From positions 8,468-72,467 of the forward strand of contig CAYYNQ010000097.1 in assembly GCA_964473105.1 (NCBI GenBank): 64,000 nt of DNA. The letters run 5' to 3'. A model generated the notes under the pieces. That model was not told where the DNA came from. It searched no databases and worked only from the letters and a program-made list of their open reading frames with translations. Of the stretch, positions 47,229-56,755 are shown in pieces. The position numbers and the translations under genes were made by a program. The number at the start of each line of letters is the position of its first letter. Positions within the stretch are counted from its first letter, which is position 1. This stretch comes from an uncultured Candidatus Sumerlaeota bacterium (GTDB taxonomy: Bacteria; Sumerlaeota; Sumerlaeia; MVZB01).

Positions 47229-48551
47229 TTATTCCAAGATGAAGCTTGTCAGGCAGATCGGTACGGTTACGCCGAAGGTTTGCAACCCGCTGGGTCCGCC
47301 GAAACTCGCCGTGTGCACGTAAACCCCGCCGACTTTATCGATGGTAACTCCCCCGGTATAGGAGCCATTGATCTGATCAAGTACATTGCCGTTGACCGGG
47401 TCAATAATGTAGAGGTTGTTGGCCCCGGTTGCATAAATGATGTCATTGGCAGCTGCCATATAATTTCGGAACAAGTAACCGAAACTGACGATCGTGGCCT
47501 TGAATATCTCGTCACCAGTGTTACGGTGGAATGCCCATAGCAGGGCATCACCGGTCCCGGCAAACCCTCCGCCCCAGACATAAACCGCGTTCCCGATCAC
47601 CAGTGGCGGGTTGTCGCTGATAGGTGCGACAACCTGCCATTCAAGTTCACCCGTCAGAGCATCCGCGCAGACCAGTATTCCCAGAGTGTCGGTGAAGTTG
47701 TGTCCCACTGCGTAGAGCCGTTTGTCCTCAACGGTCATGGAGCCGGTCAGGATATACGGATCTACCGTCCATGGCGCAGTCGGGTCGATATTGCTTTGCC
47801 AGATGGGCGCGCCCGTCGCTGCATCGTAGCAGATCACATTGTCCGGACCGGCCGTTGTGAAGATACTTGAAGGGCTTCCTGCAAGGAATGGTGGTGTGGC
47901 TGTCCCGGGTCCACGGTCATGCCTGAACCAGGCGACCTCCCCGGTAACAAGATCGAGTGCAACGGTTTGCTTGGAATCGTTGGTGAATCCGCCGTAGGTT
48001 TCGATAAATGCCATCCCTTCGCCGATCTGGGGTGAGGCGTTGACAAAATCAAAATCGGTCAGCCCAGGGGTTGTATTGGTATTGTCGATCACGGTCGACC
48101 AGATAATTTTTCCGTCCGCCTGATCGAGCTTGTAGACGGTGCGTCCTGTAGCGTAGACAAGTGCATTATCGGCATCATCGATGACAACGCCGGTTGATGA
48201 CTGGAACGGAAGGGACAGTCCTTGGTCAAGCGGTGGCGACCGCCAGGTCAATTCTCCGGTCCGGGCGTGCAGAGCAATAACCATCACGGCAGTTGTCGGG
48301 TTGGCAGTGTGTACCGGGCTGTAGATATAAGGGTCCGATACGGTAACCCGTGCATTGGAGACGATGTCGAGGTCCGGTCGAGACCACAGGCCCCCGCTAC
48401 TGAAGCTGGTGAGTTGCGCAGGGATGTCAACCAAGGCGTTATTTCCGGGGGTGCGGTGGTTGGAGTGCCACGCATTTTGTGCTTGGAGCATGGTCACGGA
48501 GAGGATGACAGCCAAACAGGTTGCCAATCGGGGTGCAAAGGTCTTCATCAT
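47229..48551 (-). CDS. PQQ-like beta-propeller repeat protein (BamB/PilY1-C-like), secreted
   Basis: Signal peptide 'MMKTFAPRLATCLAVILSVTMLQAQ'. Repeated 'A-x-D-x-x-T/G-G-x-x-x-W' blades ('YKLDQADGKIIWST', 'ALDLVTGEVAWFR', 'CYDAATGAPIWQS', 'CADALTGELEWQV'). Confidence 0.7.
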   Translation of the reverse strand: MMKTFAPRLATCLAVILSVTMLQAQNAWHSNHRTPGNNALVDIPAQLTSFSSGGLWSRPDLDIVSNARVTVSDPYIYSPVHTANPTTAVMVIALHARTGELTWRSPPLDQGLSLPFQSSTGVVIDDADNALVYATGRTVYKLDQADGKIIWSTVIDNTNTTPGLTDFDFVNASPQIGEGMAFIETYGGFTNDSKQTVALDLVTGEVAWFRHDRGPGTATPPFLAGSPSSIFTTAGPDNVICYDAATGAPIWQSNIDPTAPWTVDPYILTGSMTVEDKRLYAVGHNFTDTLGILVCADALTGELEWQVVAPISDNPPLVIGNAVYVWGGGFAGTGDALLWAFHRNTGDEIFKATIVSFGYLFRNYMAAANDIIYATGANNLYIIDPVNGNVLDQINGSYTGGVTIDKVGGVYVHTASFGGPSGLQTFGVTVPICLTSFILE

Positions 48552-49122
48552 GTGATTCCACGCATCCAGTCAGGAGATCATGATCTTTTTCCGGAATGGG
48601 GATCCGGGCGGTTCACGGCCCGGGACTTCGGGACGAGATCTGGATCAATGACCAGAGGCCCCATTCCCCGGACAGAAATGCTTGCGCTGAGTAAATCGTG
48701 GCAGTGGAAAAGGGTGTCGAGATTTCCGGAACAAGACCACTCATCCGCTGGCCGGTTAGCCTACGTTAGACGGATGAAAACTGTCTGATTGAGCCGGATA
48801 CCGCTGTCCTCTTAACACACGAAAAAAACAGGGCAACAGGCTTCCGTACGCCGGTCTTCTGGCTTCCGGATCATCCTACCGGCCGTCCCTTCCCGGTAAT
48901 ATTTTACCAGTGGTTCTGACGACTTTCGTCCCCGGTCACAGCGGCGTGTCCGCGGTGGTTTTGCACCACCTTCCCTTACACGCACGGAAGTCAACATATG
49001 TCCGGTGACATACTAACCACGGAGGCAGGACGGAGTCAACTGGTTGTTTTTTGCATAAGCGCGAGCGCTCGATATTGTGGAGGCACACCCCTATTTTTCT
49101 TTTGCGGAGGGGCTACGGGGGG

Positions 49123-49128
49123 TATAAT
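49123..49128 (+). promoter_or_regulatory. Putative -10 element (TATAAT) for tRNA-Pro
   Basis: TATAAT at 49123-49128, 23 bp upstream of the tRNA 5' end. A weak -35-like 'TTTGCG' lies 16 bp upstream of the -10. Confidence 0.4.
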
Positions 49129-49150
49129 GTAATCCCTGTGTCTGCCTGGG

Positions 49151-49226
49151 TTAAAGGGTCGTCGGGGTGTAGCGCAGTTGGTAGCGTGCACGGTTCGGGA
49201 TCGTGAGGTCGCTGGTTCAAGTCCAG
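49151..49226 (+). tRNA. tRNA-Pro (anticodon CGG), CCA encoded
   Basis: Folded manually. Acceptor CGGGGTG/CACCCCG, D-arm GCGC-AGTTGGTA-GCGT, anticodon stem CACGG/TCGTG with loop TTCGGGA (anticodon CGG), T-arm GCTGG-TTCAAGT-CCAGT, discriminator A, then CCA. 76 nt. Confidence 0.9.
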
Positions 49227-49330
49227 TCACCCCGACCACTTTGCCCATCTTTTTAACCAACTCTTCGCCGCTGCTGGATATTTGAAGATGGTAAACGTTC
49301 TGGGGGCAGGTCAATCGCCGACAGGTCGTC

Positions 49331-49996
49331 CTATTGATCATATCCGACGTAAGTGTTTCCCTTTCCACCGACAAAACCAATACCTCCAACCCAATGGATA
49401 TCGCCATTACTGATGGTGCCGTTGGTCGGGTCATAGATCGTGCTGCGGTCGTGAGCCCAGACGCTCTGATTCGGACCGGGTGAGGTAAACCACCAGCCTT
49501 CATACTGTTCCCGCCGAATGGCAGGGCGCGTGTAGCCGAATATCGCAGTATGGGTCAGGTCATAACTCAGCAGGACTGCAAGATCCTTGATCGACTCAAA
49601 ATGATGGGCGGCAACCCCTGCCCAGAAGGGGTCGTAGGGAATATCTGATATGTATGACACGGGGGTGGTGAGTTGGCTTCCTATCATGCGGGCGATGGTT
49701 CCATCCCGTAGCAGCATTTTCAGATGCCCTCCGGTGCCGGCGGAGTTTGTCGGTTCAGGTTCAGGCCAGGCGGGGTTGAGATGACGATTATTATCAACGC
49801 GGTAAATCTCCATAGCCACGACGATGCTGCGAATATCGGTCATCAGTCGGCTTACCTTTGACCGCGTTTGTGCTTCCAGAAAATTGGGCACGGCAATCGC
49901 TGCCAGGATTGTGATGATCGCCACGACGATTAAAAGCTCAATGAGGGTAAAAGCCTTTTTTATTTTTAGTCCTTCCAACCTGAAATATGGGCTCAA
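49331..49996 (-). CDS. Prepilin-type N-terminal cleavage/methylation domain protein (DUF1559-like), paralog of 12688-13389
   Basis: 'AFTLIELLIVVAIITILAAIAVPNFLEAQTRSKVSR' is nearly identical to the N-terminus of the 12688 gene. Both also share a C-terminal 'TIYDPTNGT' block. Confidence 0.8.
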   Translation of the reverse strand: MSPYFRLEGLKIKKAFTLIELLIVVAIITILAAIAVPNFLEAQTRSKVSRLMTDIRSIVVAMEIYRVDNNRHLNPAWPEPEPTNSAGTGGHLKMLLRDGTIARMIGSQLTTPVSYISDIPYDPFWAGVAAHHFESIKDLAVLLSYDLTHTAIFGYTRPAIRREQYEGWWFTSPGPNQSVWAHDRSTIYDPTNGTISNGDIHWVGGIGFVGGKGNTYVGYDQ

Positions 49997-50186
49997 TATC
50001 TATATGCGTCTTAACTCCTTATATTATAAATTTCCGTGGCCACCACTGTCGACAGTTTTCAGGCGAAGATGGCTGGGGTAAATAATTCCTCCAGCGGATC
50101 TCAGTGGCGTGTGCAAGGATTGTAGCGCTATAATAATGTGTCTGTAAAACGTTGAATCAATGAAGATCAAAGACTCCGATTAAGAA

Positions 50187-50209
50187 TTCAAGTCCAGTCA
50201 CCCCGACCA
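50187..50209 (+). repeat. 23-bp exact direct repeat of the tRNA-Pro 3' end (attR-like)
   Basis: 'TTCAAGTCCAGTCACCCCGACCA' at 50187-50209 is identical to tRNA positions 49204-49226. Flanking bases differ. Confidence 0.8.
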
Positions 50210-50364
50210 TTCCCTCGATTGACCCTGTTGGATTTAATAATCTCCTGAAATGCCTATGGCCATTCAGTCTAATCATTCTGGCCTTTTGGGGAAAATTGAC
50301 CGATAAAAAATGGGCTGTCAGGGAGTTGTTCCGCTTTCATTTCGCGTAAAATACGCGAGGCGGA

Positions 50365-51405
50365 TTACCCTCGGGGCTTGAAGTGGGAAACCTTATCCAA
50401 TCTTTCGTAGAGATCTTTCTCCTGTGTTGAGGGGTTTGATGGAACTTGGATATGAACCTTCAGGTAAAGATCGCCCTTGCCGTCCTTTTTTTTCTTCCAA
50501 CCTTTTCCCCGGATACGTAGTCGTTTCCCAGTCTGGATGCCAGGCGGAACCTTCAGGTCCACATTCCCATCCATGGTTGAGACCGAGATTGTGGTCCCAA
50601 GCACCGCCTCGGATGGGCTCAATGGCAATCCCACCTCCAAGTTGTCACCCTTCAGCGTGAACCGGGGGTGTGTTGTGATATGGATCCTGATCAGGATGTC
50701 GCCGGCTGACCCGTGATCTCTCGAGTTACCCTGACCCCGCAGTCGCATCACTTGGTCGTCCCGGATTCCCGGCGGGATCTTGACGCCGTATGTTTTTCTT
50801 CTTGGGGTGTTGTCGTCGCCGGTTTGTTGGAAACTGATAGAGCGTTGCGCCCCCAGATATGCATCCTCAAGGCTGATTGTCAGTGAGGTCTCCACATCAT
50901 TGCCGGATCGTGTCTTTGTTCTCCTCTCTGTTGCCTGTTGTTGTATGAAAGAGGGTCCTGACCTGACATGTGTGAAAGGGTCATGATTCACTTTGCCGAA
51001 TGGATTGCCGGCGTTTGGAGATTCCGGGTGGTGCTGAGCGAACATGCCGGTGAAAAGAGTATCAAAGAAATCACTGAAATTGCCTTGGTTTCCAGTTGTT
51101 TCCATTTTGGATTGACCCGAACCCATCCGTCCGCCGAAGACGTTGGAGAAATCCTCGGCCCTGAACTGCTGGCCGTGTTTCCAATTTGCCCCCAAGGTAT
51201 TGAATCGATGCCGCTTATCAGGGTCGCCCAGCACCTCGTACGCCTCGTTGATCTCCTTGAATTTGTCCTCCATCTGTTTGTTTCCGCCATTGCGGTCGGG
51301 GTGATATTTACCGGCAAGTTTACGGAAAGCCTTCTTGATCTGGTCTTGGCTGGCGCTTCGGTCGACCCCAAGAATTTTATAATAGTCTTTATAGGTAACC
51401 GACAT
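50365..51405 (-). CDS. DnaJ-domain co-chaperone, CbpA-like (no zinc-finger domain)
   Basis: J-domain 'DYYKILGVDRSASQDQIKKAFRKLAGKYHPDRN' with the HPD tripeptide, plus C-terminal CTD I/II beta domains. No CxxCxGxG repeats. The ORF is open to 51546; start taken at MSVTYKDYY (51405). Confidence 0.8.
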   Translation of the reverse strand: MSVTYKDYYKILGVDRSASQDQIKKAFRKLAGKYHPDRNGGNKQMEDKFKEINEAYEVLGDPDKRHRFNTLGANWKHGQQFRAEDFSNVFGGRMGSGQSKMETTGNQGNFSDFFDTLFTGMFAQHHPESPNAGNPFGKVNHDPFTHVRSGPSFIQQQATERRTKTRSGNDVETSLTISLEDAYLGAQRSISFQQTGDDNTPRRKTYGVKIPPGIRDDQVMRLRGQGNSRDHGSAGDILIRIHITTHPRFTLKGDNLEVGLPLSPSEAVLGTTISVSTMDGNVDLKVPPGIQTGKRLRIRGKGWKKKKDGKGDLYLKVHIQVPSNPSTQEKDLYERLDKVSHFKPRG

Positions 51406-51915
51406 TCGGAACTCATCCAGATTAGATTCAACGTTTTGGAGCGATGATTGCAACCCCAGGCACCATCTAAATATCGTCCAATTCAACCCGCGGAGCAAGT
51501 TTTTAGATATAAGGGCCATTATTTCATTTGCATTTTGTATAAGCAAGGATGCAGAATGTTGATAACAAAGTTTTTGGGGGATCTTGACGGGTGCATTGCG
51601 CCGGAAGGAAAGATTGAGTAAGAACGGGTTTACACCGCCGTTACATAGAGAGACCTGACAGAAGCGCTGATCGGGCAGGACCTGACCGGGTGACTTTTTG
51701 CAACGGCATGATCATGGGTTTTAACCGGCCAATCGGCCTGTTCGCGGCCTGCGTTTGCAGGCAATTTCCCGTTAGTCTCAATCACGATGAGGATCAAATC
51801 GTGGCCGTGTCGGCCTTTTCGTTACGGTTCAAATCGAGTCCGTTCCTCGTTGCATTGCACAAGTCAATCCACCCGAGCATATTCCAACTAGGGAAGGATT
51901 AAATATACCGATCAT

Positions 51916-53601
51916 ATGGGAATACAAACATTGATCAATGTTGAGGAGACCAGTATTCGTGTGGCAATGCTTGAGGATGGGGCACTGGTCGAATTGTTTG
52001 TCGAGAGTCAGGATGCACGTACAGTTGTCGGAAACATCTACAAGGGACGAGTCGATGGGGTTATCCCAAGTCTCAAGGCGGTTTTCGTTGATATCGGGAC
52101 CGGTAAGAACGCGTTTCTGCATTATAATGACATATTGACGGAATTTGAGCTGCCGGAACGGGGGAGACCTGAACGGCAAAGATCTCGACCACCCCGTCGG
52201 ACAAGGGTAAAGGATCATGGCGCTTCTGAGTTAGATGACGAGTTTATTGAGCCGCTGGAGGATTCGGAACGGGATGATACACCACGGAAAAAGAGGCCGT
52301 TGCGGGTGGGTGATGAGATCATTGTCCAGGTCACAAAGGATGAGATCAACACGAAGGGCGCGAGGATTACGAGCTATATCTCGATGCCCGGGCGATATCT
52401 TGTTCTGATGCCCCATTCCAACCGGGGTGGCGGGGTTTCCCGCAGGATTGATGACCCGGACGAGCGAAAACGATTGAGGATATTATTAAAGGAGATCCAA
52501 TCGTCTGATGGATCACTGATCATACGGACGGCCGGGACAGAACATGGGGAGGATGAAATTCGAAAGGACGCAAAGTCGCTTCATGAACGCTGGGACTCAA
52601 TCCAGAAGCGAGCTGGTCGTTGTCGTGCCCCGGCAAATCTATATGAAGACAAGGACTTGCTGGGGCGGGTCGTTCGAGATAATTTCAGGCCAAATATGAA
52701 CGAAATCCTCGTCGATGACCTTGATGCGATGCGTCAATTGATCGAATCGTGTCGTGACATGGTTCCGGAGTTGTGTGACAGGATTCATTTTTATGATTCG
52801 GCGATCAATATTTTCGACACCTTTGAAGTGGAAAAACAGTTTCAAAAGGCCGTTAAGCGCAAGGTCTGGCTGAGAAGCGGCGGCGCCCTGGTAATCGACG
52901 AGACGGAGGCCTTGGTTGCCATTGATGTTAACAGCGGAAAATCAGTTGGCCATGAAGACCAAGATGCCTTGATTTTGAAGACCAACCTTGAGGCGTGCCG
53001 CGCGATCGCAAGGCAACTGCGTTTGAGAGATCTGGGCGGGTTGATCGTGATCGATTTCATTGATATGAACCCCAGAGACCATGAGAATCAGGTCACACGT
53101 GAATTTCGCAAATGTCTGCGACAGGATCGGGCCAGATATACGGTTCTGGACTTTTCCGAGTTTGGACTGATCGAGATGACCCGTAAGCGTGTTCGTCAAA
53201 GTCTAGCAAGTACAGCCTTTCAAGGATGTCCTTACTGTGACGGAAGCGGTCGCATCCTGAGTGATGCCCAATTATGGAAACAGTTAAAATATGATCTGAT
53301 GGCCGAAATGGAGAATTCTTCCAGATTGGATTCGATAGAAATTACGGTTCATTCTGATTTCAAGACTTACCTTCAGACCAAGGTTGTGGATGGATTGTCA
53401 GAGGTTGCGGGAAAATATGGAGTTGAGTTGAAAATCCATGAGCATCGTGAATATCATCATGAGCGATTCAAGATCACAAAGCATATGAAATCAACATTAA
53501 AAAAGAAAAATGGGAAGCTTCCCCGTGTCCGAAAACCCTCGACTGAATCGCCGGAAAAAAAGCTTGAATCCACCGAGACCGCCAATGATAATACCGGCTA
53601 G
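51916..53601 (+). CDS. Ribonuclease E/G family endoribonuclease (Rng/Rne catalytic domain)
   Basis: N-terminal S1 domain ('VGNIYKGRVDGVIPSLKAVFVDIG'), DNase-I-like/5'-sensor regions and a Zn-link 'CPYCDGSG'. 561 aa. Confidence 0.8.
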   Translation: MGIQTLINVEETSIRVAMLEDGALVELFVESQDARTVVGNIYKGRVDGVIPSLKAVFVDIGTGKNAFLHYNDILTEFELPERGRPERQRSRPPRRTRVKDHGASELDDEFIEPLEDSERDDTPRKKRPLRVGDEIIVQVTKDEINTKGARITSYISMPGRYLVLMPHSNRGGGVSRRIDDPDERKRLRILLKEIQSSDGSLIIRTAGTEHGEDEIRKDAKSLHERWDSIQKRAGRCRAPANLYEDKDLLGRVVRDNFRPNMNEILVDDLDAMRQLIESCRDMVPELCDRIHFYDSAINIFDTFEVEKQFQKAVKRKVWLRSGGALVIDETEALVAIDVNSGKSVGHEDQDALILKTNLEACRAIARQLRLRDLGGLIVIDFIDMNPRDHENQVTREFRKCLRQDRARYTVLDFSEFGLIEMTRKRVRQSLASTAFQGCPYCDGSGRILSDAQLWKQLKYDLMAEMENSSRLDSIEITVHSDFKTYLQTKVVDGLSEVAGKYGVELKIHEHREYHHERFKITKHMKSTLKKKNGKLPRVRKPSTESPEKKLESTETANDNTG

Positions 53602-53742
53602 GAGTCAGCCCTGACCAGGTTGACGGCCCAATGAGAGAGGCTTCCTCCCACCTCCTTCAGTTGAGAGAAGTCTCTTTTTCTGCAGCAGGCGATTCAGCCC
53701 GAACTTAGTTCGGGATGGGTGCCTGCAGACCACCCCAAGACT

Positions 53743-53784
53743 GCGGGATAAGCTGTTTTTAAATGGCTTATCCCGCTTTTGTTT
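53743..53784 (+). terminator. Rho-independent terminator downstream of the RNase E/G gene
   Basis: Stem GCGGGATAAGC (53743-53753), loop of 12 nt, stem GCTTATCCCGC (53766-53776), followed by TTTTGTTT (53777-53784). Confidence 0.7.
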
Positions 53785-53873
53785 AAAATAAAGAAGTCGC
53801 CTCACATCCTGTCAGTCGCATATTTCAGCAACACGGTGATCTTGATCGGAAATCAACGAGCACAAATAATTTA

Positions 53874-54836
53874 ATGGCGAAGTCAGATTTCTTACGTATG
53901 CCAAAGAGTGATCATCCTGTCCTGATCATTGCCGGGCCGACCGGGATCGGCAAAACACAACTTGCTTATGAACTGGCATGTTCGGGTGGGCAGGAAATTA
54001 TTTCCGCAGATTCGATGCAGGTATACCGCGGCATGGAGATCGGTACAGCGCAACCCTCGGAAGAACTCAGGAGACGGGTTCGATTTCATGTTTGCGGAAT
54101 GATTGATCCGGCAGCTGCGTTCAATGTCAGTCAATTCCTTGTTTTATGCGATCAGGCTCACCGGTCAATTCTCGACCGGGGAAAGACCCCCCTCTATACC
54201 GGTGGTACAGGATTATATTTACGGGCTTTACGCTGGGGTATTTTCGGGGACAAGAGCCGTGATAAGAATGTTCGTCGTGATCTCGAGATGAAATGTAAAG
54301 CAAAAGGTTTGGACATGCTGTATGCAGGGCTACAGAAACTGGATCCGGTAACTGCGCAACGGGTTTCACCGCAAGACAGGATGAGGATTATTCGGGCATT
54401 GGAAGTATATGGCCTGACGGGGAAACCCATATCGGAACTGCAGAACCAGTGGGGTGCAGCCAAGGCCCGGTTCCCCCACCGTCTGGTCGCCGTGTCCACA
54501 TCAAGGAAAACGCTCAGGAATCGGATCAGGAACCGGACCGAAAAGATGTTGAAAAAGGGTTGGATTGAGGAAGTTGAGGCCCTAGCGGCCGTCTGCTCAT
54601 CGACCGAAAGCCATTGTTTCAAAGCCCTTGGGTTCAGGGAAATCATCCAATACCTTGGCGGTAAATTAAAGCGGGAGGAGTTGGAAGAAATAATTATCGG
54701 TAAAACCTATTCTTTTGCACGTCGCCAGATGGTTTGGTTGAGAAGGGAATGCCCCGCGACTTGGATTCATATTGAAGGTAATCAATCCATGAGGAAAGCC
54801 GTGGGCTTGATCGAAAAATACCTTGCAAGTAATTGA
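53874..54836 (+). CDS. miaA: tRNA dimethylallyltransferase
   Basis: P-loop 'VLIIAGPTGIGKTQLAYELA', 'EIISADSMQVYRGMEIGTAQPS' and 'PHRLV' blocks. 320 aa. Classic miaA-hfq synteny. Confidence 0.9.
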   Translation: MAKSDFLRMPKSDHPVLIIAGPTGIGKTQLAYELACSGGQEIISADSMQVYRGMEIGTAQPSEELRRRVRFHVCGMIDPAAAFNVSQFLVLCDQAHRSILDRGKTPLYTGGTGLYLRALRWGIFGDKSRDKNVRRDLEMKCKAKGLDMLYAGLQKLDPVTAQRVSPQDRMRIIRALEVYGLTGKPISELQNQWGAAKARFPHRLVAVSTSRKTLRNRIRNRTEKMLKKGWIEEVEALAAVCSSTESHCFKALGFREIIQYLGGKLKREELEEIIIGKTYSFARRQMVWLRRECPATWIHIEGNQSMRKAVGLIEKYLASN

Positions 54837-55003
54837 ACTGAATCCGTATGATAAGATAACGGGCAAGACGGTGAATATTCAGTTTATCCCAAAATTCAGA
54901 AGGTAAGAATGCCCCTTTCGCGTTCTCCTTGGACCTGCCGGATTAGAGGAAAACCCCCGGGCACAGGTTGGTTATTTTGATAGGTTGATTAGGCAATTCG
55001 AAC

Positions 55004-55420
55004 ATGGCCAAGAATACAATGAATCTGCAAGACAGTTTCCTCAATCAGGTGCGGAAGGACAACACTGAGATCGAGATGGTTCTTATCGGTGGAAATCGGA
55101 TCCTGGGGTATGTTCGTGGCTTCGATAAATTCACCGTAATTATCAAGGCCAAGGGTGGCCAACATTTAGTCTATAAACACGCGATTGCACAGTTGATCAA
55201 CAAGCTCAGTGATCGTGAAAATCCGGGTGGTGGCGGGTTCCGACAGGAGGGGCCGCGGCAGCCCGGAAAACCTGGGGGCGCAAAGTCAAGGCGGGCGGTG
55301 GACGGTGGGAAGTTCAACTCGATGGACCTGTCCAAGCTGAATATGGATGATCAGAAGACGAAGCCTGAAAAAGTTACCGCATCTGTTTTAACCGATTCTG
55401 AAAAACAAGACTCTATCTGA
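55004..55420 (+). CDS. hfq: RNA chaperone Hfq with extended C-terminal tail
   Basis: Sm1/Sm2 core 'QDSFLNQVRKDNTEIEMVLIGGNRILGYVRGFDKFTVII..GGQHLVYKHAI', followed by about 65 aa of G/P/K/R-rich tail. Confidence 0.85.
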   Translation: MAKNTMNLQDSFLNQVRKDNTEIEMVLIGGNRILGYVRGFDKFTVIIKAKGGQHLVYKHAIAQLINKLSDRENPGGGGFRQEGPRQPGKPGGAKSRRAVDGGKFNSMDLSKLNMDDQKTKPEKVTASVLTDSEKQDSI

Positions 55421-55731
55421 CTTTCCCGGTATCAAGCCTGCCGATTTCCTCTCAGTCAAACACGAGGACAGTGGAGCGAGTTCCGTCGGGCGGTCCCGTT
55501 TTCCGGATGTGTCTGGGCTGATTTCGCACCGTGGCTCTCGATTAACGATGACAATCGAGCCCACGATAGGAGTCGCAGGGAGGATCCCGAAAAACCTTCT
55601 TGAAAAAAAAGATTCCCAAATCATAGTGGTACCCTACCGTCGATGGTGTGGGAGCAGCGTGCTTTTCCTAGACGAGTTTGATCCAGCGTTATTTATCAAG
55701 CCGCCTCATCAGAGAAGCCGGCTCATCCCGG

Positions 55732-56748
55732 ATGCTTATGCAGAAACAGGATAAATTGCCGGTCGACAGGGACATTCTGGACCGGATACTGGATCGAGTC
55801 CACGAAGCGGATTCGATCCAGTTGATTGGTCACCAGCGGCCCGATGGTGATTGCGTTGGCTCGCTGCTTGCCATGCATTACATGCTCGATCAATTGGATA
55901 TCCGGCATGCCTTGGCCTCACAGTCTATTCCCCCGAGCGGTTACACCGAACTGGCGGACTACGGGCTGATTCGGGAGCAACCGGATGAATTACTGAAACC
56001 GAAACTCGTGGTCTATTTGGACTGTGCGAACCTGAAACGGGGTATCGAGGGGTGGGAGCCCAGCGCCCCAATCATCAATATTGATCACCATGGAAGCAAT
56101 ACCAGATATGGCGAGATCAACTGGGTCGAGCCCGAATGCGCGGCTGTTGGAGAAATGTTGTTTTATTTGGCCGACCACGGTCGATTCACGATGACCCACC
56201 AGCTTGCCGAGGCACTGCTCGTTGCTCTGACAACGGACACGGGGGCGTTTTGTTTTTCAAACACGAATTCGATACAGCATCGAATTGCTGCAAGGCTGAT
56301 TGAGGCAGGGGCTTCGTCTGAGCATGTCTATCGAATGGCCTACTGCAGTCAAGAGGTGGAAAGTGTTCGGCTGTCGGGAAAGGTCCTTAGCCGTGTTCGA
56401 CTGGAGTGCGGCGGACAGCTGGCATGGAGTGAGGTCAGGCATCAGGATTATGAAGTCTCTGGTGGGGAGAAGAGTGCCCCCGAAAATTTGGCAAACACGT
56501 TGAATACGATTCGTGGGGTTTGTGTCAGCCTTCTTTTTCATGAACTGGGTTCCGATGGGCTGCGCCTGAACCTCCGTTCAGATGGTTCGATCGACGTTTC
56601 CATGTTGGCGGCCAGATGGGGTGGCGGTGGTCATGATTGTGCTGCGGGCTTGCAGATCCGGATCAAAAATTATGAGGAGGCCCGGGAGGAAATTCTTAGT
56701 GAAGTGCTTGCAGCCCTACAGTTTCAATCTTCGGGCCGGGGAGAGTGA
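55732..56748 (+). CDS. DHH/DHHA1 phosphoesterase, NrnA-like (oligoribonuclease / pAp phosphatase)
   Basis: 'IGHQRPDGDCVGS' (motif I), 'INIDHHGSN' (DHH) and 'GGGGHDCAAG' (DHHA1 GGGH). The ORF is open from 55678 (TTG); the first ATG is at 55732. Confidence 0.8.
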   Translation: MLMQKQDKLPVDRDILDRILDRVHEADSIQLIGHQRPDGDCVGSLLAMHYMLDQLDIRHALASQSIPPSGYTELADYGLIREQPDELLKPKLVVYLDCANLKRGIEGWEPSAPIINIDHHGSNTRYGEINWVEPECAAVGEMLFYLADHGRFTMTHQLAEALLVALTTDTGAFCFSNTNSIQHRIAARLIEAGASSEHVYRMAYCSQEVESVRLSGKVLSRVRLECGGQLAWSEVRHQDYEVSGGEKSAPENLANTLNTIRGVCVSLLFHELGSDGLRLNLRSDGSIDVSMLAARWGGGGHDCAAGLQIRIKNYEEAREEILSEVLAALQFQSSGRGE

Positions 56749-56755
56749 ATGCGTC

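Larger units (their letters stand above)
49227..50209. mobile_element. Putative remnant of a tRNA-Pro-integrated element (about 0.96 kb, no integrase) carrying a single prepilin-type gene
   Basis: Bounded by the intact tRNA-Pro and a 23-bp duplicate of its 3' end. The only gene inside is a prepilin-type paralog. This is inferred from the att-like repeat alone. Confidence 0.35.

Noticed and set aside
53696-53718. Hairpin CCCGAAC-tta-GTTCGGG after the RNase E/G gene
   Set aside because: A 7-bp stem with a 3-nt loop and no U-tract. The genuine terminator is the stronger hairpin plus T-run at 53743-53784.
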